The translations under genes and the position numbers were made by a program. The notes beneath the pieces were generated by a model that saw only the letters and a program-made list of their open reading frames with translations, was not told the origin of the DNA and made no database searches. A stretch of 64,000 nucleotides of DNA from Malacoraja senta (Eukaryota), in assembly GCA_038087875.1 (NCBI GenBank), contig JAXLNO010000073.1, positions 186,001 through 250,000 on the forward strand, written 5' to 3'. Of this stretch, positions 49,770 through 63,299 are shown piece by piece (positions within the stretch are counted from its first letter, which is position 1; each line of letters begins with the position of its first letter).

Positions 49770-50135
49770 CGTTGGCCTACGGGAGAGCCAGCGCAGGTAG
49801 TGCCTGGGAAATGTCCGGCTCAGCGTTGGCCTACAGGAGAGCCAGTGTAGGGAGTGCCTGGGAAAGGTCCGGCTCAGCGTTGGCCTATAGGAGAGCCAGC
49901 GTCAGCAATGCCTGAACAAGGGCATTTTATCCGTTGGCCTACAGGAGAGCCAGCGCCAACAATGTCTGAAGGAAGGCAGTATAGGCGTTGGCCTACAGGA
50001 GAGCCAGCGCCAGCAGCACCTGAAAGAGGACTGCCTATGCGTGGGCCTACAGGAGAGTCCGCGTGGCGAGCACCTGAAAAAAGGGTTTACTATGCGTAGG
50101 CCTATGGGAGAGCCAGCGCTAGAAACACCTGAAGC
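49770..50135 (+). repeat. 7 x 54-bp tandem repeat in DIRS ORF1 (18-aa RWPTGEPA repeat)
   Basis: CGTTGGCCTACAGGAGAGCCAGCG core at 49770, 49824, 49878, 49932, 49986, 50040, ~50095. Confidence 0.9.
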
Positions 50136-52000
50136 AGGATGCCAGTTCGCCCCCTCCATGAGGAGGATTATTTTACGGGCAACAAGATTCAGATGACGAA
50201 TCATATGAGGACCAGAGCCGAATAACAGAGCCGAAAAGACCAGGTGTGGCACAAAATAAAATGTGCCGTTCCCAGACTATCAGGGGAACCATTGGGCGAT
50301 AAATTAGCAATGACAATAAATTACTTGCTCTCCCAACAGCTGCAGGTACTGACCATGGATAAGACTGTCAAAAAATATGAAACCCGCAGAATTGCGCACT
50401 GCTAGCAGTCCCACCGGTGAATAATGTAATATGGGGCTATTTGGGCATTACAGTACGCGCACAATAAATGAAATTACAGCGGGTGTTGAAATTGCTGGGG
50501 TCAGGCATTACGGCTTTGGCCAGAGGCTTGGATGGAGAGCACGTGTCTGCATCACAACAAGGTTGCCTTAGCACTCATGTGTAGTGCGCACTTTGAAATA
50601 AACTGTATTTGTAAAAGTGCTATAAGACCTAACATACACATAAGTTTGCGGGGCTCTGTAAACCATCTAATATTCAATTGCTTAATCTGCTTTTTGGAGA
50701 GAATCTAGCAAAAATGGTAAAAGACCTGAATGAAGAAGTTAAAACCATGGGGATGATGAAACCACCGGTGCTTGACAGATCAATTCGAAGGCAGTTTCCC
50801 TACCGACGTGTGGTGACTGGGACCAGTGAAGGATCAAATCGGTCCTTCCCATATATGCGCTATTGGCGCACTGCTCTTGGGGCACGTGGAGGTTACACTT
50901 TTCCCACTAAGAGCAGGTGACAACAATTGCCATCGGCAAACACCGAGGTATGTGGGTCTGGTCTTGTAAGAGACATATTAATGTTTCGCACTTACAAATT
51001 GGAGGAAGATTACAATTCTTCCTAGAAGAATGGCAATCTGATGCATTTATACTGTACAGTATTGTGGGGTTTACAATTGGTCTACCCATATTTGGATCCT
51101 CCTACTCAACATATTTTAAACCGGACACGTATTTTCTCAAAAGATGAGAATATGCAGATTCAGGCAGAACTTGAAATATTTTGTGAAAAAGGGGTAATTG
51201 TGAAGTCAGTTCACCAACACCACCAATTTGTGTCAAGTATTTTCTTAGAACAAAAAAACTGGTGGTTGTAGAATTATTCTAGATCTGACAAGTCTTAACC
51301 CTTTTGTACAGTATAAAGACAATTTTAAAATGGATCCATTTGCCAATGCTATACAGCTAATTTCAATACATTTAGGGCATTTGACAGGCCCATGCAATTG
51401 CCAATTATTACTGAAATACTATGCTGGATCATGAGTGTCTCAAATGCTTCCAGAGAGATTCTGGTTGAAACACCTTCCATTAGTCTACAGACTGATTTAA
51501 GTGCTCTAGGTGGGGGCGCTACTAATACTATTTCCAGCTGTGGAGGTAAATGAAATGTGGAGAAAGTACCTTTGATTCAGGAACAAGGGATCATTTACTT
51601 AGAGCTTTTAGGAACATTTTATGGGCCTAAAGCTTATTGCTCTAATATGCAAAATTTGCATGTTCAGGTACAGATTGACAACACTACGGAACAGTAACGT
51701 ATGTTAATCATTTGGGTGGTATGAAGTCAGAATCTTGTGATAGATTGACAAACGTGATCTGCACCTGGTGTTTTACCAGAAACATTTGGTTTTCGGCTAT
51801 CTACCTACCAGGTAGATTCAACATAGTTGCAGACACAAGGTCACGTAAATTCAATGACAATACAGAATGGATGTTGCATCGTGACAAATTTAATAAAATT
51901 ATTGCACGGTTCGGGATGCCAGAGATTGACTTGTTTGCATCTAGACTTAACCACCAATTACCTAAATATGTGTCAGGGGACCTGATCCTGGGGCAGTAGG

Positions 52001-52728
52001 TGTCAAGTCTTCTAATGTTTTTGTGCAGATTCCCCGCTTGAAAGGGATCTGATTCATCCACCCCGAAATGATGAACTGGATTCACTCAATGACCAAACCA
52101 CTTATTTTCCTTTTTTTTTTCTCCTTTTATTTTGTCAGATTCAGCAATTAATTGACAGTTGCACTTGATTTATTGCTTCAGCCATTACTTTGAAGGCATT
52201 TGGATGTTGTAGGTCTTAAGGTATTTAACAGTTTAGTCTTTTAGCAGCAGAAAAACTGGCTGCCAATCGGGTGCTGTAGATAATCAGTCCTGCATGCCTT
52301 CGCTGGCGATCGCGGCAGTTTTTAGGACAGTATCTTAGATTATACTGTTCCACTTGTTTCCAAATACTACTTCTATTTTTAACCTTTGTTTTCGATTCTG
52401 CTTGCTGGTCTTGTTCTTATCTTCGTTCTTTTATCCTCGTCGCCAATTGTTGTGTATTCGGATGCTTTGAACAGTCTTGAATAAAGGCTCGGACACGGGA
52501 GGAATCATACAAGCTTCTTTACTGCAGAACGCCACCTTGTCTTTTTTGCTCCAGCGTACTTGCCCCAGACATCACAAGACACCGATTACTTATCCTAATC
52601 ATCCCATACCTAACACTCCTCCCCCCTTTAACTTGGAGCCCGGTAACACCAATTATATTACATACATAATACTCCTCCCCCTTTAACTTGGAGGCAGGTA
52701 TTACCTTTCATTGCAGTTTGACTTGACA
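52001..52728. mobile_element. Solo LTR (728 bp) inserted in the DIRS
   Basis: TGTCAAGTC...GACTTGACA 9-bp terminal inverted repeat; 5-bp TSD GTAGG (51996-52000, 52729-52733); DIRS reading frame resumes after it. Confidence 0.88.
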
Positions 52729-52999
52729 GTAGGGGTGGATGTTTCTCGCTGCATTGGTGTAGTATGTTTTTGTATGCATTTTCCTCCATTTTGCCTCATT
52801 AGTCAGTGTATACAGAAGATCAAACAGGACTCCGCTTCAGGAGTATTGGTTGTACCAGACTGGCCGACACAACCGTGGTACCCTTTGGTGTTAAAATGAT
52901 CACAAAGCCGCTTATGATTATTCCCAAACAGGAACAGCTGTTTATGCACCCTGTAACATATTTTACATGATCGTATTGGTTTGTTGATTTACAGATTCT

Positions 53000-53981
53000 A
53001 AGGAGGCCATATCTCGGAAGAGGACTATCAGATCGTACTGTGGATGTTATTGCGGCAGCCTGGAGGGATAGTACCCAGAAGCAGTACATTTCTTACATAA
53101 GGAAATGTTTTTTTTTGCTTAAGGCAGAATATTACGTATCACACTGCAGACATCTCAGACGTGTTAGAGTTTCTGTCAACTCTTTATTTTAATTTACAGT
53201 TAAGTTATAGTGCGATCAATGCTGCAAGGAGTGCCCTCTCTGCATATCTATGGAGGGAATCAGAACAATATCCTGTAGGGTCACACCCTTTGGTGTGTAG
53301 ATTTATGAAGTGAATTTTCAATTCTAAGCCTCCTAGACCGAGGTATACAGAAATCTGGAATGTAAGAGATGTGCTAATGCGCCTTGGTCAATGGATTCCT
53401 ATTGCAGCTCTTTCCTTGATCAAAATTACAATGAAGGTAGTCATGCTCAATGCACTGGTTTCAGCACAGAGATTGCAAAAATTGCAGAAACTACGAATAG
53501 ACATGATGAAAATAGCAGCAGATGCCATTACGTTCTATGTCTATGATTTGCTTAAAAATAGTAGACCTGGAGTCACAGGATATGTTGGGGTTTTCAGCAT
53601 ATCCTACGGATCCACGTCTATGTGTAGTATCACATTTACGATGTTGCATTGAAGCCACCAGAACCTTAAGAGGCGCAGAATCAGCATTCTTTATCAGCCA
53701 TAAAAAAAACGCATAAGAAAGTGTCGGTTCAGATTAGTTCAAGATGGCTGAAGCAGGAGGTCGTTGATGCAGGTATTGATACTGACAAATTTAAATCTCA
53801 TTCCACCAGGGCGGCATCAAATTCGGCGGCAAAGGATTTGGACGTCCCAATAGACCATATCGTCGCGGCCGCAGGATGGGCAAGTGCACGGATGTTTCAC
53901 AAGTATTACCATAAGGATATTACAGAACCTGGGTTATTTGGTGGTGCTGTTTTGGATTCAGTTTTAAGTTCCCACTTGTGA
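53000..53981 (+). pseudogene. DIRS tyrosine recombinase
   Basis: AAWRDSTQKQY, LSYSAINAARSALS, HPLVCRFMK, ALVSAQR, HSTRAAS, AAGWAS. Confidence 0.88.
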
Positions 53982-54132
53982 TAAAGGGGTTACTGTTGTG
54001 ATAAATTAACCATTAACTGATTGCATCTATGGTGTGGTTATGCATTGTTGATTGCTTTACTCATTTAGAGTCAATCAATGCAGTGAGACGCCTGTATTTG
54101 AATCTACGGCATTAAATCACACAGCTTTGAAA

Positions 54133-54243
54133 TCTTCACGCAGTCACTCACGTGACTCCGAAGTAAAATAGTAAGATTAAACGTGAACTTACCAGTTTGA
54201 AGTTTGATCTTTATTTTATGAGGAGTTACGATGAGGGACTACG
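54133..54243 (+). other. DIRS internal complementary region (ICR)
   Basis: 54133-54168 is the exact reverse complement of 49342-49377; 54167-54243 is near-complementary to 54389-54466. Confidence 0.9.
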
Positions 54244-54679
54244 TACCCTCCACTCCCACCCCCCATGAAGGTCAACTGGTAGTTCTAGTCTTCACGTATC
54301 TTACTATCACACTTCAGTAATTATTATCTGTGATTTAACACCGCTGCTTTGAAGATTGATGCGTGTGTGGCTATACGGGCACTTCTTCACGTAGTACCTC
54401 ATCGTAAATCCTCATAAAATAAAGATTAAACTTCAAACTGGTAAGTTCTCATTTAATCTTACTATTATTTGCCACAGAAGGCTGTGGAGGCCAAGTTAGT
54501 GAATATTTTTAAGGCAGAAATAGATAGATTCTTGATTAGTGCAGCTGTCAGGGATTATGGGGAGAATGTAGAAGAATGGGGTTGGGAGGGAGAGATAGAT
54601 CCGCCATGTTTGAATGGCGGAGTAGACTTGATGGGCCGAATGGCCTAATTCTACTATCACATGGTCTGATCATCATGAT

Positions 54680-54728
<49 letters not shown>

Positions 54729-55218
54729 TCATAAGATCATGTGATAGGAGTAGAATAAATACAAGATACAAATAATATATTCCTCAAGTATGTAAGAACA
54801 TACAAGGAATTTGATTTGCCATACAGTCATACCAAACACCACAGCGCACTGTGATTGAAGGCAATAACGCATTCCTCCTTTTCTCCCGCGGTCGGGTCAG
54901 TCGAACCATCTGCAGTCGGGGCGATCAAAGCTCCCGCAGCCGGCGATCAAAGCTCCCGCGATCGGGTCAATCCAAGCTCCCGCGTCGGGCGATCGAAGCT
55001 CCCGCGAGCGGTACGGTCGATGCTCCTGTAGTTGGAGCTCCCGAAGTCGATCTCTAACCAAGGGACCGCGAGTGCCACGATGTTAAGTCCGCAAGCTCCC
55101 GAGGTTGGAGCTCCCGAAGTGTCGATCCCAGTAAAAGGAACGCCAGCTTCACGATGTTTGGCCGCAGTGCGGACGGAGATAGGATACGGAAAAAGTCGCA
55201 TCTCCGTCGAGGATTTAT

Positions 55219-55621
<403 letters not shown>

Positions 55622-56134
55622 CACATATATATAATATATATATATACACGCACATAGGTACACATCAAAAATAAACAAGCAATAATAGTGCAAATATTGC
55701 AATATATATATTTATGCGCAAATGTGAGAGTATGCATATATATATACACACAAACTGAATCTTTTTCTCGTTTATTATGTTGTATACACTGTACTCTGTT
55801 TCCATATTCTGGTGTGCTGCCGCAAGTACGAATTTCATTGTTCTAACTTTAATAAAACTATCTTGACTGGAGAAAATAACCATATCTCGATAGCCTTTAT
55901 GCTGTAATATTCCTCCATTGTAAGTAATAGAAGACGAAATTACACGAAATATGGCGAAAGCCCAACAAAGCTGAACAACAGAGAGACACAAAATGCTGGA
56001 ATTACTCAGCGGGTCAGGCAGCAGAAATTGCTGGTCTAACACAACTGAAACATTGTGGGTGAATTTGCAAATTACGTTTTCCATCCAGTTATTGATTCCA
56101 TTGTATTACTCTTATCTATACGCAAGAAAATACA

Positions 56135-56560
56135 GCGAATTGTGGAAGCCGACCAGACCATCACGCAAACAAAACTCCCCCATCCATTGACTCAATTTAT
56201 ACCTCGCCCTGCCTCAACCTGCCACCACCCTGCAACTCCGTCTTCTCCCCTCTCCCATCGGGCGAAATGTAGAGAAGTGTGAAAACGCACACCTCCAGAT
56301 TCAGGGACAGTTTCTTCCCAGCTGTAATCAGGCAACTGAACCGCCTTTCCACAACCAGAGAGAAATACTGAACTACTATCTACCTCAATGTTGATCCTCA
56401 GACTATCCTTGATCGGACTTTGTTGGCTTTATCTTGCGCCAAATGTTATTCCCTTATCATGTGGACTCTCTGTGGACACACTGTGGACGACTCGGTTGTA
56501 ATCATATATCGTATTTCCCCTGACTGGTTAGCACGCAACAAAGGGTTTCCTTTCACTATA
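56135..56560 (+). mobile_element. Rex1/Babar-like 3' fragment (similar at ~29200-29480 and ~33260-33585)
   Basis: ACCTCCAGATTCAGGGACAGTTTCTTCCCA (TSRFRDSFFP). Confidence 0.7.
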
Positions 56561-56634
56561 CGGGCCATTGTTACAACCGATTGAAACGGCTGGGTTATTT
56601 TATGAAGATAATATTGCACACAGCGTGCAAAAAA

Positions 56635-57925
56635 TTGAATTTAGAAGGTTGAGAGGGGATCTTATTGAAACATTTAAAATTCTTAAGGGATTGCACACGC
56701 TAGATGCAGGAAAAATGTTCCCCATGTTGGGCAAGTCCAGAACCAGGGGGTCACAGTTGAAGAATAAGGGGTAGGCCATTTAGGAGTGAGATGAGGACAG
56801 ACCTTTTCATCCAGAGAGTTGTAAATCTGTGGAATTCTCTGCCACAGAAGGTAATGGAGGCCGATTCGCTGGATGTTTTCAAGCGAGAATTAGATATAAT
56901 TCTTCGGGCTAAAGGAATCAAGGGATATGGGGAGAAAGCAGGAACACGGTACTGATTCTGAATTATCAGCCATGATCATATTGAATGGCAGTACTGGCTC
57001 GAGGGGCCGAATGGTCCACACCTGCGCCGATTTTCTACGCTTCTATGTTTCTATGTTTCTAAAAAGAGCACAAATGTCGAATTTCTAGGCTACGTCATCA
57101 TCACAAAATATTTAATTTACTCGAGCAAATCACAAATGTTGACAAGAATAGATTGGGGAAAAACACAGAGTCTCTTGCCCAGAGTCGAGGAATCGAGAAC
57201 CTGAGGACATTGGTTTAGGATGAAGAGGGAAATATATAATATGAACATGAGGGGTAGCTTTTCCACACAAATGGTGGTGGGTCCATAGAACCAGCAGCCA
57301 GATGAGGTAATTGAGGCAGGGACTATCTCAACGTTTAAGAAACACTTGGACAGGTACATGGATTGGACAGGTTTGGAGAGATATGGACCAAGCGCAGGTA
57401 GGTGGGATTAGTGTAGATGGGGCATGTTGGTCGGTGTGGGCAAGTTGAGCTGAAGTGGCTGTTTCTGCGCTGTATCATAGAGTCACAGAGTAATACAGCG
57501 TAGAACAGGCTATTCGGCCCAACTTGCCCACACCGACTAACATGTCCCAGCTACACTAGTCTCACCTACCCGCGTGTGGTCTATATACCTCCAAACCTGT
57601 CCTATCCATGTAACTATCTAACTTTCTTAAACTTTGGGATAGTCCCTGCCTCACCTACCTCCTCTGGCAGCTTGTTCCATACACCCAACACCCTTTGTAT
57701 GAAAAGTTACCTCTCAGATTCCTATTAAATCTTTTCCCCTTCACCTTGTGCTCTGGTCCTCGATTCCCCTACTCTGGGCCAGAGACTCTGTGCATCTATC
57801 CCATCTATTCCTCTCGTGATTTTATATACCTCTAGAAGATCTCCCCTGATCCCCCTGCGCTGCAAGGAATAGAGAACCAGCCTACTGAACCTCTCCCTAT
57901 AGCTCAGATCCTTAGTCCTGGCAAC
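56635..57925. mobile_element. Three CR1 3' fragments (56635-57060 +, 57145-57480 +, 57475-57925 -)
   Basis: EFRRLRGDLIETFK and RGDLLEVYK motifs; characteristic 3' UTRs. Confidence 0.8.
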
Positions 57926-58184
57926 ATCCACGTAATTCACTCTATAATTCCGCGGGTCAGGCATCATACGTGATGGGAATGGCGAGGCGATGTTTCAGGT
58001 AGTGACGCTTCTTCAGACTCTTAAGTTATTTTGCTTACTCTTTCCACTCGCAATACCTGTCACGGTCACGGCGGCACTCGGTGACGTGACAAAGGTCTTT
58101 GTAAATTGTGCAGAAACCGTTTTAGTTGGGTAGAACCTATATGTCTAGAACGTGAAAGGGCGGGTACTGTATGGTGATGTTGCA

Positions 58185-58725
58185 GATAGACACAAAATGC
58201 TGGAATAACTCAGCCGGTCCGACAGCATCTCTGGAGAAAAGGAATAGGTCACGCTTCGGGTCGAAACCCTTCTTGAGACTGAGCGTCAGGGGTGAGGGAA
58301 ACGAGAGGTATAGACGGTGGTAATGAGAGATACAGAACAGATGAATGAAAGATCCGCAAAAAAAGTTACGATGATAAAGGAAACAGGCCATTGTTAGCTG
58401 TGGACTTGGTGAAAACGAGTTACAATGAGACTAAACAAGACAACTTTGACACTAGTACAACGACTCGGGTTGGGGAGGAATGGAGAGAGAGGGGATGCAA
58501 GGGTTTCTTGTATATCTGAAGTTAGAGAAATCAATATTCATTCAGCCGGGTTTTAAGATGCCCAAGCAAAATATGAAGTGCTGTTCCACCATTTTGCGTT
58601 CGGCCCCACTTTGAACAAATGGAGGAACAGGACAGAAAGGTCTTCGTGGGGAAGGGAGAGGGAGTTAAAGTGTTTGGCAACCGGGAGATCAGGTAGGTCC
58701 AGGTGGACGGAGCGTGGCTGTTCAA
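58185..58725 (-). mobile_element. Penelope-like element 3' end/pLTR
   Basis: EQHFIFCLG..N.D-like C-terminus; degenerate hammerhead at 58250-58278. Confidence 0.75.
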
Positions 58726-58994
58726 GCCGAATGAACTAAACGTGATAATTTCGAATCGTAGATGAATGATGGAGGCGAGTGTACAGTTAAGGCCTGGTTA
58801 TAAGACTCTTACTTAGGAATCCACACTCTTTGGAATAAAGTGTCAAACTTGTAGCACCAGCAATATTGTAAAGCAGCCGGATAAGAGATTGATAACAGCA
58901 GGTTGTCACCAGCGAATGTTGGTCCATGTTTCGTCGCGTTTTGCATCTGTTGTGTATTAAAAACGGCTTTTGTGCTACACCCGATTCAGTTAAG

Positions 58995-59605
58995 TCACAG
59001 AATCATAGAGTGATACAGCGTGGGAACAGGACCTTCGACCCAACTTGCCCACACTGGCCAACATATCCCAGCTACACTAGCCCCACCTGACCGCATTTGG
59101 CCCCTGTCCAACTGTTTCTTAAATGTTGGTATACTCCCTGCCTCAACTATCTCCTCTGGCAGCTCGTTCCATACATCCACCACCCTCTATGTGAAAAAGT
59201 TACTCCTCAGATTCCTATTAAATCTTTTCCCCTTCACCTTAAACCTATAACTTCTGGTCCTCGATTCCCCTACTCTGGGTAAGAGACTGTGTATCTACCC
59301 GATCTATTCCTCTCATGATTTTATACACCTCTATAAGATTCCCCCTCATCCTCCTGCGCTCCGAGGAATGGAATCCCAGCCTGCCCAACCTCTCCCTGTA
59401 GTTCAGTCCCTCTAGACCTCGTAAATCTTCTCTGCATCCTTTCCAGCTTGACAAGATATTTCCTCTAACATGGTGCGCTGAACTAAGACAATCATCCTAA
59501 CGCGGCCTCACCAACGTCTTTTACAAATGCAACATGACCTCCTAACTTCTGTACACAATATTCTAACTGATGATGGCCAATGTACCAAATGCCTTTTTGA
59601 CCACA
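58995..59605 (-). mobile_element. CR1 3' fragment
   Basis: ERRRMRGNLIEVYKIMRG, WNELPEEIVEA. Confidence 0.85.
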
Positions 59606-60537
59606 ATTGCAGGTAGTTTTAAAGATATGCGGAAATAATATTAAATAGTAAAATGTATTAGGACTGGAGACATCAATAATACGTTAGTTTCATGCAATCG
59701 GTCGCGCCAAATATGTTTACTCACTGCACCAAATATTAATGCCAGTCTTATTTGACATTTTTAACAGACGGCGAATCGTGAACGAAAGAGTGGCTTGAAG
59801 TGAGTGCCTTCTCCAAACGATCTTAACATGATTTCTCCGTTTTACCCTTTGTAAGCAGCGTGTGTGGATGTATGTGTCTCCACGTCCACTCTATCCAAGC
59901 CTTTCACCATTAGTTCAATACAAGAAATTAGTTGGTGTAAAGACGGCTGGAGTCTGAGGATTATTTTGCTCATTTCACTGATTGCGGAGGAGGGGCGAAG
60001 AAATCAGTACATGTTTCACTCTTTCCCTGGTCGTGGGTGTCAGGCGGTGAAGAATTGAACTGAATTGCGAGCGGGAAGCTAACGTTGGAGATTCAGAGAT
60101 ATCCTGACTCAGGGAAATAGCAAATTAGAGGAAACTTGGCCAGGACTAAAGAAGACTGGATGAATCGATTCACGCGGCTGCTATTGGTATTTTTACGGGA
60201 GGATCCGGGCTCATAAATTGCCCCAATTTCCCGGCTCCAATACACTCAGTAGACTCGTGCATGACTTTGTGTGTCAGGATTAAACCGGAGCTCACAGGCT
60301 CTGCCCGAGCCAATTTCATTGCACCTTTTTGGGGGGGTTAGGACCGTGCTCGAGGTGTCGATTGAAAAAGACCACGCGGTGCCCGTGTTCCGGGACCGCT
60401 GGGCATCGCGGGGGATTGACTCAATCCTGGATCAGGATTGTAATATAGGTAAATGATATTTAGTAATAATAATACCTGGGAATGTTATACTATGGCAGCA
60501 AATGTTTAGTTATTGTTTGTAGTGTAAATATTATTGG

Positions 60538-60945
60538 AAACATAGAAACGTAGAAAATATGTGCAGGGGAAGGCCGTTCGGCCCTTCTATCCTTCAAAAT
60601 GATCATGGGTGATGATTCAAACTCAGTACACCGACCCTGCTTTCTCCCCATATCCCTTGATTTCGTTAGCCCAAAGAGCTAAACCTAACTCTCTCCTGAA
60701 TTTATCCAGTGAATTGGTCTCAACTGCCTTCTGTGGAAGAGAATTCCACAGATTCACAATTCTCTGGGTGAAAGTTTCCTCATCTAATTCTTAAATGGCC
60801 GACCCCTGATTTATAAACTGTGAGTCCTGGGTCTGGACCGCCAACATCAAGAACATTTTTGCTGCATCCAGCCTGTCCAATCCCTTAAGAATGTTATATG
60901 TTTCTATAAGTTCCACTCTCATCCTTCTAAATTCCAGTGAATACT
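60538..60945 (-). mobile_element. CR1 3' fragment
   Basis: YSLEFRRMRVELIETY; (TTTCTATG) tail. Confidence 0.85.
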
Positions 60946-61129
60946 GTAAATAATTGTTTTTGCAAATATTCATAAATAATTAAATAAATGTAACCTTATA
61001 AAGTAAAAAAAACATGCCACGTTTAACCGGAAGCTGTCCGGACTTAAATAGAAAATGTATATTGAGCGTCGTAATCGCATCATATAATACTTTGCAGAAT
61101 GCGCTGATCCATCAGTGAAATAACTGGCA

Positions 61130-61570
61130 AAAATGGAGGAACAGCTTCTCATATTTCGCTTGGGCAACTTACGGCCCCTGGTATCAATATTGATTACTCT
61201 CTCTTCAGGTAGCCCCGGGATTCCCCCTCTCTCCGTCCTTACCCCGCGCAAGTCGCACCAGCTTCTCGTTGCATATTCTTTATTGCATATCTTTCGTTCA
61301 TTGTTCTTTATCTCTCTACACCATTGTCTATATCTCTTGTTTCCCCTTCTTCCTAACCTGACTGAAGAAGGGTCTCAACCCGAAACATCACCTATCCCTT
61401 CGCTCCATAGATGCTGCCTGTCCCACTGAGTTACTCTGCGATTTGTGTCTATGTTATGACCATGTATTTGCTGTTGTCAAATAATTGTCTCGACCCGAAC
61501 CGTCAGCCATTCATTGTCTCCAGAGATGCTGCCTGCCCCGCTATGTTACTCCAGCTATTTGTGTCTATTT
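61130..61570 (+). mobile_element. Penelope-like 3' end with hammerhead motif and a partial second tail
   Basis: MEEQLLIFRLGNL; CTGAAGAAGGGTCTCAACCCGAAACATC at 61362-61389. Confidence 0.8.
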
Positions 61571-62444
61571 TACGGCCATGTCTTTGCTGTTGTCAAATAA
61601 TCTCGCCTTGGGACAGAACTAATTAGGCTACACCTTCAGCTAAAATTAGAACACTATGTTTTCCCGTGAATGAAATTAGTTAATGTAACGTCGGCTGGAA
61701 TCTGAGGATTGTCCAGTTCATTTCGCCGGTGAGAAAAGACCAGCGCGTGTCCATTATCTGCTCCTCTGTTTCACTGATCGAGTGCGTCAGCCGTGCAGAA
61801 TGGCGAGCGGGAAGATCATGTGGTATATTCAGGTTGTGTAAGAAGGAACTGCAGATGCTGGTTTAAACGGAAGATAGACACAAATGCTAGAACCAATATA
61901 TATCTCTACCCCCACACCCCCCCCCCAAAGGCGTGTTGCAATCACGGGCAATTAGAGAAATGGTACAGACAAGATATAAAAATAAGGGATAAGCCGTTCA
62001 GAATGGAGATGAGGAAACACTTGTTCACATAGAGCGTTGTGAGTCTGTGGAATTATCTGCCTCAGAGGGCGGTGGAGGACGGTTCTCTGGATACTTGCAA
62101 GAGAGAACTAGATAGGGCTCTTAAAGATAGCGGAGTCAGGGGATATGGGGAGAAGGCAGGAACGGGGTACTGATTGGAGGTGATCAGCCATGATCAAATT
62201 GAATGGCGGTGCTGGCTTGATTGGCCGTATGGCCTACTCCTTCGCCTATTGTCTATTGTCTATTGTCTAATTACGAGGATGTTGCCTGGACTAGAGTGTG
62301 TGAGGTACAGGGAGAGGATTTGTAGGCTGTGACTTTATTCCTTGGAGCGCGAGAGGATGAAGCGTGATCTTATAGAGGTGTTTAAAATCATGAGAGGAAT
62401 AGATCGGGTAGATGCATTCTTGCCCAAAGTAGGTGAATCGAGGA

Positions 62445-63030
62445 TAGACACAAAATGTTGGAGTAACTCAGCGGGACAGGCAGCATCTCTGCAGAGAAGG
62501 AATGGGTGACGTTTCGGGTCGAGACCCTTCCTCAGACTGTCAGGGGAAGGTTATGGTGTGAACATAGGACAAAGTGAATGGAGATCAAGGAAAATGTAGA
62601 ATAGATTATTGTTAACTGGGAGAAAGCAAAAACCACCAAACAAACATAAATAAAAAGGAACTCGGAGACAGTAAGACTGGTGGGCGAACTGGGGAAGGGA
62701 TGGAGAGAGAGGGAAAGCAAGGGTTTCTTGAAGTTAGTGAAGTCAATGTTCATACCGCTGGGGTGTAAGCTGCCCAAAGCGAAATATGAGGTGCTGTTCC
62801 TCCAATTTGCGCTCGGCCTCACTCAGACAGTGGAGGAGGCTCAGGACAGAAAGGTCACTGTGGGAATGTGAGGGGGAGTTAAAGTGTTTGGCAACCGGGA
62901 GATCAGGTAGGTTTAGTCCGGGTGAGTGAAGGTGTTCAGCGAAACGATCGCCGAGCCTGCGCTTGGACTCGCCGATGTTTCAGAGTCCACACCTGGAACA
63001 GCGGATACAGTAGGTGAGGTTGCAGGAGGA
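62445..63030 (-). mobile_element. Penelope-like GIY-YIG C-terminus and pLTR with intact hammerhead core
   Basis: LGDRFAEH, LGSLHPSGMNIDF; CTGAGGAAGGGTCTCGACCCGAAACGTC at 62535-62508. Confidence 0.85.
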
Positions 63031-63299
63031 GGAAAGGACGCTCTATCTTCACCGGCACCTCCTCCAAGCTCATCTACTGCATCCGCTGTTCTTTGCTTGT
63101 CACCAAGTAATATCTCTACCTCCGGAGGTTTGATATAGTAATTGGCAAGACTCTTGATTTAAAATATAATAAACGCGAATTAACTTATCTTACTAAGAAG
63201 TCGAATACATTCGGCAAATAACTATTGCGGAAGCGAAGATAATGTATCTGAGTGATTATCATTTGTCAATAAATATGCAATTAATATAAATAACTTTCC

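Larger units (their letters stand above)
49342..54466 (+). mobile_element. DIRS-type tyrosine-recombinase retrotransposon, full extent, decayed; inserted in a CR1
   Basis: IGGRLQFFLEEW, FVSSIF..RIILDL (RT), QIDNTT..HLGGMKS (RNase H), PEIDLFASRLNHQLP (MTase-like), FKSHSTRAAS..AAGW..FHKYY (YR); terminal/ICR complementarity; CR1 resumes at 54467. Confidence 0.92.

Noticed and set aside
49770..50135. CRISPR-like repeat/spacer appearance
   Set aside because: Eukaryotic context and no cas genes; the spacers are mutually homologous, and the period is a multiple of 3 inside DIRS ORF1.
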